From Guillardia theta CCMP2712 (taxonomy: Eukaryota > Protista > Cryptophyta), in contig NW_005434647.1 of the NCBI RefSeq assembly GCF_000315625.1, positions 480,936 through 544,935 on the forward strand: DNA of 64,000 nucleotides, given 5' to 3'. Shown here one piece after another: positions 1 to 11,600 of this stretch. How positions within the stretch are numbered: position 1 is the first letter of the stretch; every line of letters starts with the position of its first letter. Position numbers and translations under genes: made by a program. The notes beneath the pieces were generated by a model. It worked only from the letters and a program-made list of their open reading frames with translations. It had not been told where the DNA came from and searched no databases.

Positions 1-1522
1 TATAAGCGCGATGCTTCTTTGCGCAAATGAAGTGACTGGCAGGCTCTCGGTACGAGGGAAACTTCGAGGAGCACAGGTGCTGCATGGCCGTATCGCCGCG
101 GAGATGCTGAGGCTGCAGGAAGGTTGAACGGAACGGGGACTATGGAGCACAGCAACGGCGACCGTTACGAGGGTAATGGAAGTTGAAGGCTTTGTGAGGA
201 GAAGTGAGAGTTCGATCGTGACATCAGGCGATTGGTGTAACGGTAATCGAGACGGTCATGGGGTCTACACGTACGGCAACGGTGACAGCTACAAGGTCGG
301 AGGCCATGCGGGAGCGCGAGGGACTGAAGAGCATGGCAGGGAAGATTTGCGAGGAACTTGCGGTCAGGACCAGGAGTCTTCTTCCACCATGAAAGGTGTG
401 GCGACGAAATGTTAGAAGAGAGGCCGTGACTGAGAAGCTTCAGCGGCATGAGCTACAATTGCGACTGGTCCAATAACATCCCAACCATCTTGCCGGCCAA
501 GTTGCGAGGTGCGTGCATGGCTCTGCGAAGTTGAGGAGGCGGCAAGGGTTCTGGTTTTTCACGAAATGGTCAGCGGAAACAAGCGAGAGGCTGGAGTTCG
601 AGGCGGCAAGGAAGGAGAAGATAGCCCAGGAGCCTCAATCCTCTGAGGCGCAAGAAGGGGATCAAGAAGCTGAAGGAAGTGAGGAGAAAGGAAACGAGGA
701 AGAGGCGGAAGCTCCACAAGGACCGAAACCTCTTGCTGAGCTCCTCTCGCAGGATTTTGCCGCTGGTCACAGTCCCATGTACGCTGTTCACGTCTCCTCA
801 CACATTTCAGGGAGCGAGATTCCCCGCATGGTGATTCAAGTATGCTCAGAGGATGGCACAGCACAGACCGGAGAGTCAGGTACTAGAAACTCATCCGAAT
901 TGCAGAGCTGATCGAGTGCCAAGGACGGCTCCTCGAAGTTACTTTCGGTGTCTTCGAGCGGGAAGAGGAGGAAGGTAAGCAGGAGGAGCAACTTCTCGTG
1001 GACTTTGGTGATGAGAATATGCCGCAGAGGCTGGGAAGGAGGGCGAGGCAGAAGCGGAGGCTGCCGACGAGGTTCAGGCAGACAAGGGTAAGTTCAAGAG
1101 ATATCCCAGCAAGGCCTATCCTCTGCAACAAGAGGCCGCTTCGAATGCGGAGAAAGACAAGGAAGGGGCCGAAGAGTCTGCAGCAGGTGAACAGCTGAGA
1201 AGAGCAACGCAGAGCTCATCCTTTTGATGGCAGAGAGATCTCGTCCTTACCCTCCGACGTTTGTCATCGGAGGGATCAAGATGGCCGACGGGGTTGCAGT
1301 CCTGGAGGGCTTGAAGTTGCCCCGGGAGGTGGAAGGTCGATCAACCCAAAGTGACGCTCTTGGATGTGCATGACATGCTCGACAGCGGGGGCCTATCGCC
1401 TTCGGATCGGTTGTGTGTACCAGAATTGTTTCCAAGACGTTGAGGTATGGCGCAGCTGCTCTGTTTGCAGAGGGTGTGTAACAACTTGACAGGCCTTGTA
1501 TCTTCTTTTCAATGTGAGCTAG
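1..1522 (+). CDS. MORN1: MORN-repeat protein, MORN1-like (5' end outside window, multi-exon)
   Basis: Spliced reading gives MORN repeats GSRYEGNF, GTGTMEHSNGDRYEG and DWCNGNRDGHGVYTYGNGDSYKG. It continues QVCSEDGTAQTGESG|RLLEVTFG, resembling the post-MORN region of MORN1. Probable stop TAG at 1520-1522. Confidence 0.65.
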
Positions 1523-1673
1523 CATAATTGTAAGAGTAGGAGAAATAAAAAATGAGAACAGAATCAACTTAAAGTCCTCGATCACACCTCAAAATCGTGA
1601 AGCTACTCACTCTCAACGAAGTCCACAATATGGGCAGGAAAATTCAGTCGTTACCATGAGAGGCCGCTTACAC

Positions 1674-2210
1674 TCAGATTTCCTCCTTGGTTTGCTGCTC
1701 TTTCTTCCTGGCCTTGTCCGCTTTTAGAGTTCCATGCACAGCAACTCCCTGCGAGAAACATGAGGGGCAGGAGGAACGAAGCAGCTTCTTGCCTTGGTGG
1801 TGCCACCGTATATCTCGTGCGTGTTCTGGTAAATGTTGGGATCCCACGGCACCTTAGGGTGCTTCGACTCGTGATGCATCTCCATGTTCTTCAGGCTCGG
1901 AGCTTGCATCATACACAGCGGGCATATCAGTCTACGTGAACAGGTCAAAGGACATCAGGAGTTTGACCTGCAAGACTCACTTGGCATGTCCTGCCTTTCC
2001 TCCGAGCCTGTCTTCGAGACCAGCCTTTCCTCCCCCCATGTTCTTGTTCGCCAGCTTATTCTTCTCCGAGATTTCCTTGGCTGTGTGCTTGGCTGAGACA
2101 CCTTTCCGCCCCCCTCGGAGCCGGAGAACGTGTGCCTCGATGCCCTCGTGGGATCCTGCGGTTTCGAGAAGCAACGCAAGAGCCAGCACGAGGCTGAAGA
2201 TGCGCTGCAT
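1674..2210 (-). CDS. MBS: Methylene Blue Sensitivity (MBS)-like C2H2 zinc-finger protein with N-terminal signal peptide and LRLRGG motif; 3 exons
   Basis: Exons 2210-1981, 1931-1793 and 1748-1674 give MQRIFSLVLALALLLETAG...HVLRLRGGRKGVSAKHTAKE...NMGGGKAGLEDRLGGKAGHAKLICPLC...MEMHHESKHPK...GVAVHGTLK. The KHTAKE, GGGKAG, GHAK-CPxC and HHESKHP motifs are characteristic of plant/green algal MBS. Confidence 0.85.
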
Positions 2211-2914
2211 GGCTGCTTGAAAACGAGCGATGAAGGAGAGCAAACAGAGAGAAGAGTGGAGGAGAGAGAGACTAGCGAAGGAAGAGAACCAGGAGGAGGG
2301 AGTGGAGGGAGGGAGGGAGTGGAGGGAGGGAGTGGAGGACGAGCGGGCGCAGCAGGCAGAAGCCGGGGAAAAGTGCCAAAGAAGTACAAGGCATGCGTGC
2401 CCCTCGTCCCCACTCCACCCAGTCGCTAAAATCAGCGATCAGATCAGCGATGCTGGGAGCTATGTTTGATGAAGCTGACAGTGTGCGGTGGAGAGAGGAG
2501 GAAAACGATCCGTGGATCAGTAGGACGAGGAGAGAGACAGAAGGAAGTACACGGAGGAAGAGGAGAAGGGGAGGGGGAGGGGGAGAGAAGAGAGGGAGGG
2601 AGGGGGGGGGGGATAGGGAAGGTCGACAAAAGACACTGAGCAAGAGTGGGAAGGAAAGAGGGGGGGGGGATGGAGAGGAAGGTTTCGAGTGAGGTTAGAT
2701 GGTCAGGAAGATGCGACACCCTCAAGCTGTAGAGTAGGGGCAAAAGAAAAGATGAAGGGAGCAGGCAGGGAACATTGCAATGTGTAGAACGAGATTCTGC
2801 GATTATGCCAATTGTTAATCTTGTTGGATGCAGGTTTTGTTCACGACTTGCTGTCAGATGCCATGGTATCTGAATTGACTCGATCGAGGAAAAGTTAGCA
2901 GGGCAATAATATCG

Positions 2915-3214
2915 ATGTCGTTGATCTCTCCGTCATTCGAGGGACCTTTGATTGAGCTCAAGGAGATATCCAGTACAGATTATGGTGACAGTGGGTCATT
3001 CAACAACTTCTCGAGGACAAACACGTCGAAAAACTATCATACGTGTGGGAATGATCAGAGTAGATACGGACAAAATCACAACTTTCGAAGGATCTTCTCT
3101 GCATTTCTTGCTACATGCTTTGTCGTTATTGCTCTGTTGGTAATCTTCGTGTGCTTTGAGTCACTCCAACGAGCCTTGAAGGTGCTACGATCAATTCTTG
3201 TTTCTTTAACATGA
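2915..3214 (+). CDS. Possible first exon of a hypothetical single-pass membrane protein (may be a pseudogene)
   Basis: 99-aa ATG ORF with one hydrophobic stretch (IFSAFLATCFVVIALLVIFVCF) and a donor-like AAG|GTGCTA at 3182. No clean downstream continuation was found. Confidence 0.3.
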   Translation: MSLISPSFEGPLIELKEISSTDYGDSGSFNNFSRTNTSKNYHTCGNDQSRYGQNHNFRRIFSAFLATCFVVIALLVIFVCFESLQRALKVLRSILVSLT

Positions 3215-5615
3215 CTTGAGGTTTTAGAAAGAACAACACACTGAGGAGGCACTGGAAAACGGCTAAAGGATTCTCTCTCAGTTACAGGTATGAGATTGAT
3301 GACAAGGAAGGCTCGCTCAGCAAGTGAGGGGGCTTTCAGAATTCTAGCAGTGCACACCAGTTTCCTACAACAATCTAGAATCATGATAGAAACTCGATGG
3401 CCATGATGTGAGACCTGGAGAAGTTGCAGGTGAAAGCGTTGCGCTGCCTTGTCTCCATGGTCCAGGAACCATCCGTTTCGAAACCTTCAGCTTGTGTCAG
3501 CAACCGATTTAGGGGAGTGTCCCGTCAGGCTACCGGAGCTCGTTAACAGCCAGTGTCTTTGAAGGAATGGCGGTTGGTATGTTCCGTGAGTAAGATTCAA
3601 GATCTGAAAGGACATTGTCCAGCTCAAGCTCCGGCATCGAACTGTCGAGGAAGTCAAGCAGGTTGCAACAACTGTTCGTACCTGGAATCATCTACATGGG
3701 CCCTTCACTCGATTCACTCGATTCACTCGAACAGAGACGATCGTAGAGGGAGAAGAATAGCCGTTAACACGATAGAAAGTGACGAAAAACGGAAATGAAT
3801 AAAGGGAAAGAAACCAGAAAATGGAGATGGAGAGGAGGTAGAGTAGAAGTACTCTCCTGTTTGAGCTCGGATGATTGGTAGCAGTTCCTCCACAAGACTT
3901 CGCAACTGCGATGAACATCTACTTTTGATGAGCGAGCTAAAACTTGGTAAAATTTACCTGTCTGAATCGTGAACTTGTCCGACGGCGATGCCGCCGTTAA
4001 CGTGACAAATAAGCCACAAGCAGGATGCCCACCTGGCCTAAACTCAGCAGCGACAGCGGAACGATAGGAGCAAAAACAGTAGCTTCTTCGCCGCCTTAAT
4101 ATCGAGTTGTCTGGATGAAGATAGCACTTTACATGACATACCGCCATTCCTGCCCGGGCTTGTTACTTCAGCCTGCTTGGATGAGCGAATAATCTTTCAA
4201 GTGACATATCAAGCAGTCATTAGGAGAAGGGCATCTGGTAGAGATTGACGCCGATGGGGCCGATTATATCTAACAGTGGGGAGATAGTGAGAGACACACG
4301 CACTACTTGAGAATGTTGCAAAATTCCTGGGCCCATCTGCCTTGGACATTGAGAACGCTAAAGGGAGGGAATTAATTGCACCTTCCATGCACATAGCTGC
4401 ATCCTCCTTCCTTAGCAGGACCATTTCGTTCCAACACAGAGAAGTACAATACAGCAATTGTTTGATCCTCTTCGAGATCAACCAGCAAGGACCTCACCAA
4501 TCCATTCTGGACGAGAATGAGGTCGTATGGCATCGTCGGTCGGACAAGTTCGACCTGCATGAAAACCAAGTCTCTTCTTCTCGATGGTTCTGTCTTGGAT
4601 ACAACTTCTTCCAGATTCTCAACACCTTCAATGCATCATGAACATGTTCTGAATTCAGGATATTATAATAAATACCAGTACACACAAAAATCGGAGTGTT
4701 AGTCGGAGAATTGACTCCTATCTTGTCGAGCTTCCTTGTACAGTATAGGTCATCCTGAGGAATTCTTACAAGCATTGAGCTCGGAAGCATGAATCTTTAC
4801 CCCAGCAAATCTCCGAATCGCGCTGCCTATCCTGCCGTTCCCACCAACAATCTCCCCTAGCATCGTGAACTCGTATGGTGTCGGGGAACTAGGGCAGGAA
4901 CAAGGTAGCTGAGTCACCCGGGCCGGTGACCGGGGCCGATCATTACACTCAAAGTTCAGTTAAATCAATCTCACGAGGCCCGCCTCATACTCCGGTATCT
5001 CAAAATGACTCGAGATGAAGTTATACATAACGCCGTCAGTACCATTCTAGCTGAAACACTAGTACTATAGAAAGTTTTACTTACTGTGTCACAGTAGATT
5101 TGGAAGGTGCTTGCTACGACAACCGTTGTACGATTTTTACTACCGCCGCTCCAACTGTCTGCTTGCAGCAGTGCAGCACTACTGATCGGGCGGCACGTAC
5201 GTGTAGGAGTACCCGATGAATAAGTTAGTACTTTCATACTAACACGTTGAGTATAATTGTTGTACCAGGTTCTCGGCTTACAGGCGTACCAGGCTGCTCT
5301 CCGAGTTACTACGGGTATGTAAGCTTTTACACCCGCCGGTACTTGGGCGTTGGGAGTTACGGCAGATCCACACTTTATCCTTATCCCTTATCAGGCATTG
5401 TAGTGTTACCGGGGTGGGGTCACCGGCAGTGACGGTTACAGTGCCTAAGAGGGCCCAAGCCATGAGATCGTTTAAGTCTGGTATTAGTGCAGAAAGCGCT
5501 AGTACTCTGGGGTGTAGTCGATGTCTTTTTCGGGGATGCCCCAGCCTTCCGCCCTGGGTGGGTATCTATGCCAGGTGTTGTTGAAGGTTTCTGCACTGCA
5601 GCTGGACAAAATTCT

Positions 5616-8600
5616 ATGGCGATGGGAGGGATGGCAGCAAACATGCTGCTGCTCGCAGCCATGGCGTTGCTGTTGAGTAGTGCACCTTGTTGTGATGCGA
5701 GAGTAAGCAAGGAAGAGTTCGAACATGGTTTTCGGCATGGAGAAAGGCGTTCTGTGGTTGCCAAGAACCTTCCCGGAAGACCTCTCATGATTCACAACCC
5801 CGAAACTTTGCTGCTTCATCATACAGAAGACAGAGCACATGCAAAGCTCAAGACTCGATTCAGACAAGATTCGACCATTGCTCAGCAACAGATTGTGTTT
5901 GAGGAATCAAGCAAGAGTCATTACCTTGTTCGAGTGAAATATCCCGCTCCTCCCGACATGCTCTCTCAGTTGAGGGCCACCAGCGGAGACAAGTTTGTGC
6001 AATACATTCCATACGACACGTATGTGGTTGCTATGGAACCTTCCAGGAAACTTCGTGTTGCGAGCATGAAGCATGTGGAGACGATTTATCACCTCCCGTC
6101 GAGCATGAAGATAGCCAACGACCTTCAGGATTACATGTCGTTGGCGATGAGATCGCTCTCAGCCAAGCAGCCCGAGACAGTCATCAACAGCAACCCCCAG
6201 CACCCTGAGAAGCGAGGGACCCTAGACAACAGCCACAAGAAAGACAAGGGAAACCAGGGAAACTCGAAGTCTCAGACCAAACAAGACAAATATGGACAAG
6301 ACAAATATGGACAAGACAAAGAGAAGGGAGCACCGGCTGGACCTGATGAGAGCGTATTTCTTGAGGCAGCCATCTCAGTTCATCCGGATCAAATGTCTCT
6401 AACCAATATGCTTCAATTGTTGGAAAATGCTTTCAGCACAAGATCGGGCAAGATCGCTCAAGTATGGGCGAAAACGAGCAGCAAGCTGACAATTGAAACA
6501 AACGCACAAAATGTTGGGAAGGTTGTAGAGCATTTGGCAAATCAAGCATCGGTGAAATGGATGGAAAAGAGGTCAGAGTACCGCACTTTGAACAAGTATT
6601 CTTCCTTGATCGTTCAGGGAACCTATCAGTGGCAACCAACCAAAACGAAGCTGGAACAGCTCGGTTTGAACGGAACAGGACAAATAGTGGGCATTGCTGA
6701 CACTGGCATTGATTTTGATTCTTGCTTCTTCTATGACTCCAAGGTTCAGGTCTCTGTGTGTGAGGATTGCTATTTCTACGGTTATTCGTGCAGCAGCATG
6801 TGCCCTGCTCAACCCAGTCACCGTAAGATTTTGTCTTACAACTCTTATCCTCCTCCTCCCCCCTATCCTCAGCCTTATGACTCGTATCATGGTCATGGCA
6901 CGCATGTGTCCGGTATCGTTGCTGGCGCCGCTGGTCCCAACCACACTCTTGCGACTCAGTACAATGGATCAGCTCCAGGAGCGAAGATCGTGTTCGACGA
7001 TGTTTCGAATTTTGAGCCTTACCTCAACTACCTGCCATGGGACCTGAGCTCGAGTATCTATCCCCATGCATACAACAATGGAGCAAGGATTCACTCCAAC
7101 TCATGGGGGGGCTATTCTTATGGATACGACTTCCAGTGCATGGAAACCGATTCATTCATGTACGACCATGATGATTTTCTGGTCGTGTTTGCTGCAGGGA
7201 ATAGCGGTCCTTATCACTTCTCGATTGGCAGTCCAGGGAATGCCAAGAACATTCTGTCGGTAGGATCAAGCTTGAACTCCCGTGAGTCGTACGTGGCGCA
7301 TGGTTATGGTACCTACTTCAACCTCTCCATGCTGCTCTCTGATGGCTCAGACGAGAGGCTGGTTGACATCCTCCCTGCCTCCTTTGGAGCTCCGCTGACC
7401 CCCGACACGGAACCGATCAACGCTCCGCTAGTCGGTCAATACTTTTACAGATGGTGCTATCCGTATGATCCTTGGTGCATGGATATTCAGACTCTGCTGT
7501 GCCTGCCTTATCCGGACTCGAACTCAAGTTGCGCCAAACCGACTTCGTCAAATGCTGAGATCTCAACAAGCTTGTCAGACGTGCATACTGTTGAAAATCT
7601 TGGTAACGTTCAATCAAGCATTCGGCTTCAGGATTATCGGTCTTGTTATGTTGACCCTTGGATGTCAACGACGACATGTTCGTTCTCAATGTATGTCAAC
7701 AGAACATCTGGAGGTGATGTCGATCTTATGATTCAAGTGCCTTTGTCGTACTGGATGGGCAGCAACAGTGTCACTAATGTCAAGGGAATCACTGTTGCTG
7801 GCGACTATGTTCCTATGGACTTCAGTGTGTTAGGCAGTCAGTCATGCGGGCAATCAATCAGTACAACATACAGGATACCGTCACAGGTGTCGGGAACGAT
7901 TCAGATCGTTGTTCAGTATGACCAATCGATGAGGTACTGGTACCCTTGTATGTGGTCTGGTGTCACCTTCACGATGATATCTCATGCCGCCACGTCATGG
8001 GACATCCTGTATGACTCGTCTATCTTTCAAATGTACAACTATTACTATTATTATTACTACTACTATCCTCAGATGTTCATTGATTTGAAAATTGACTTCG
8101 ACTTCTGCGTATTTGGAGAAAATGCAAAAAATCGTACGTATCTGACGGGAGGTTCTGTTGCATTTGCTCATTCCTATGATTTGTCATTCTCGCAGTTTGT
8201 TTTTAACAATGAATATGAGGCATATCCAGTTTTCATGGCGGGAAAGAAAGTTCAAGACAACGGCATTAATGGGTACACTATCTACATCAAGAGTCATCAC
8301 ATGGAAACCTCACATGATCAACAATCGCGAGTCACGCTGTATGAAAATAATAGCATTACTTACTCTGTTGTCAGCCCGGTAACCGATGGAGATGACTCAT
8401 TCTCCTTGTCCGTCCGGCAATGGTACTCTCTTTATTCAGGATCGATCAACATCAACCAGACGGTGACTTTGACAGGCTTCTCTAATCCATTGAGTGATTA
8501 CTTTCGCGGCTTCTTTAAAGGCAACATGGTTGCTTCTCCTTTTATGGGCTATTGCGATGAAGTGCTCATGGCCTGGAATGCTCAGAACATGGGAGCCTCT

Positions 8601-11600
8601 GCGCTGATCTTGTACGAACCTTCGATCCAATACCCCGCGCCTCTTTTGAAAGGAACAGGAGGACCGAACGAAATGTTGAAGGATCAGATCACGATACCTG
8701 TCGCTGGCATCTCAGGTTTGGACGCGTTCAACCTCACAACAGGATGGTTTCAGCAGACCTGCGCTCCAGGTTTCTCTTATCTCTGCCTCTATTCTATGCA
8801 GTTGGCCAAGTTACCACTGGTCAGCAACGTTCGCTCAGGACAAGAGTACAAGCACACCGACTTGTCGATCTTCTCATCGCGGGGGCCAACCTTTGATCTC
8901 AGAAACAAGCCGGACATCGTCGCTCCTGGTCAGAACATCTTCTCCGCTTCTTCCGATGGAATCCGCAACAGCTTCCAGTGCGCTAACTCCGTCGGGCTCA
9001 ACAAGAGCTGCATCCTCGAGATGAGCGGAACCTCCATGGCTACTCCAGCAACCGCCGGGGCAGCCGCCATAGTGAGGCAGTACTTCGAGGAGGGCTACCA
9101 TGTCACGGGCTCTCCCTCAGGTGCGGATGGTGTCAACCCTTCCTCGGCGCTAGTCAAAGCTATGATCATTCAAAGCGGCAAGCCTCTGCGCCATGCTTAC
9201 CAGTATGGGTCTAAGATGGTGAGGAACGGCTTGTGGGGCTACCTTCAAATCTACGGAGGGTCTGGAGTCGCATGGCAGGAGTCGACTGCAAGCCCTTCAG
9301 CGGAGCAGGGGTACGGGCTGCTTGACTTGTCGTCGGTCTTGTGGTTCGGAGCGGATTCAGACTTTGTGTTGAAGACTTACGATCGGGTGCAGCTGTCTCA
9401 AGGTCAGGTCGTAAAGAAATGCTTCTCCGTCTCCGGCGGCTCTCAGTTCCGAGTCACTCTAGTGTGGACGGACCCCCCCGGGTCCACGTACGCCTCCAAG
9501 GCGCTCATCAGCGATCTCGACCTCGTGCTCATCGATGGCAGTGGCAACACCTTGTACGGCAACAACCGCTCGGGCTCGGACATGGACCGAACCAACAATG
9601 TCGAGCAGATCACCCTGCCGCAGGCTCCCGCAGGCACCTACAGCGTCTACGTGTCTGCCTATGACTTGCCTCAGGGGTCGCAGAACTTCGCGCTGGTGGT
9701 GACGGGCGCCATCACTGCTGAGCCAGACTGCAGCTCATCGCCCTCCTGCCCCAACAGCTGCTCAGGTCATGGCACGTGTAGAGCCCCCATCTGCGATTGC
9801 GACGCAGGATACTTCTCGATCGATTGTAGTCAGTCACCCAAATGTGGTGATGGGATTTTGACAGCTCCGGAGCAGTGCGACGACGGCAACTCAGTCTCAG
9901 GCGACGGCTGCTCGTCGACCTGCCAGGTGGAGCAAGGCTGGGAGTGCGACCAAGAGTTGTGGCCGCAAGACAAGTCCTCCTGCTTCAAGTGCGCGTGCGG
10001 ATGCGAGAGATACTATGAGGAGTCTGGCGTTGTCAACGGGTCGAGCTCTGTCTACTACAATTACAACATGTACAATTACAACATGTACTATGGGCCCATG
10101 TATTACCCAGGATATTACTACTGGGGCCCGCAATGCGTGTATGATATCGAGCCGACTGGTTTGACGTCTCTTCAGGTTTCGTTTCCTGATATGCAGAGCA
10201 ACGCTTATCTCAACATTGAAATCTACACCTGTGCAAACTCAGACTGTAGCCAATGGAACTACAATGGTTGGATATCAGGCAGCTACATGAACTTGTGGTT
10301 GCCCGACGCTCAGATGTACAACTCTGCGTTCAGAGCCAACGTGTCTAAGGTGAGAGTGGCCTCTTACAGCCCGTTCCTGCTCAAGTATGGACCCATCGTA
10401 TACGACGTGTGCGGCGATGGCATCCAAGAAGGGCTGGAGGCGTGCGATGACGGGAACCTCGTCGACGGCGACGGATGCTCGTCGACATGCAAGAAGGAGT
10501 GCACGGCAGCACATTGCTGTCACTTTGACTTGTCACCGCATGACGTCTTCGCTAAGAGGTACGAGAACGAAGTCGCTCCTGGCGCCACGTGCGCCTCGTT
10601 CAGCATCTCCGACAGCAACAACGGTATGGGCGAGATCGAGATGGCAGTCATCCCAACCCTCCTGCTCCCTACCGTCTGTGCGCAGTCAGAGGTCGACAGC
10701 TCCTCGTCTACCAGCATGAAGTTCAACGGATCGTCGACAGCAAGCCAGTACAACTCGGCCACTGGAACCATCATGGGCCATTGGAGCTTGCTCTATCCCT
10801 CTTCCTTGTCCAATGGGATGCAGAACATGGATGACGGTAACTGGCTGCTCCCTGACTTTGGCTTCGACTTTTGCTTGGAGGGCAAGAACGTGAGAAATCG
10901 GACGTACATCAGTTCCAACTCCTACATCACCTTCTACAACGGCTTCTCCTTCTACTCTGGTCTTTCTGCTTCCTGGCCTCCCACACCCACCATGTTCGTC
11001 GGAGGCTCAGAAACGTCGGCTCAGCTCGTGCTGACCAAGAGAGTGTATGAGGCGGGCATGCGAGGCTTTCTCGTTCGGTTTGAAGGTACAGCCTCAACCA
11101 GCGGTCAGCTCGGCTCGCCCAACATCATCTGGGAGGCGACATTCTTCGAGGACAACCGCATCAGAGTCTCTGTCGGGCTCATGGCGAACAGCTACGGTCT
11201 CTCTCTGCTGAGCGACGGCAACGGCAAGGTCCTCCTTCCTCTGACATTCAAGCAAAAATCAGCTGAGCTCCTGCACCTCAAGAACTTCTGCACCATGTAC
11301 AAGCAGCAGGTCGCGTGCGACAGACTTGAGATGAGCTCACAGGAGGAGATTCAAGTCTTGCCCAACGAGTTTCAAGTCTTCCGCGGTCGCTCGCTAACTT
11401 TGAACTACTTCTCCACCGTCAACAACCGAACCTCCTCGCCATTTCCCTTCGAGCTGTCATGGGGAGGCAAGTCGAAGCCCATCTGCGGCAACGGGCTGCG
11501 GGACTGGACGTTCAGCATGCTCACAGCTGTGAACTGCACTTCGACGACATCTTACTGGTACTCGTCCACGATCAACAACGGAATGGGAGGAGTCTACTAC

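Noticed and set aside
5487-5615. GTG-started N-terminal extension of the subtilase ORF
   Set aside because: Eukaryotic gene; the signal peptide follows ATG 5616 and the upstream part has intergenic composition.
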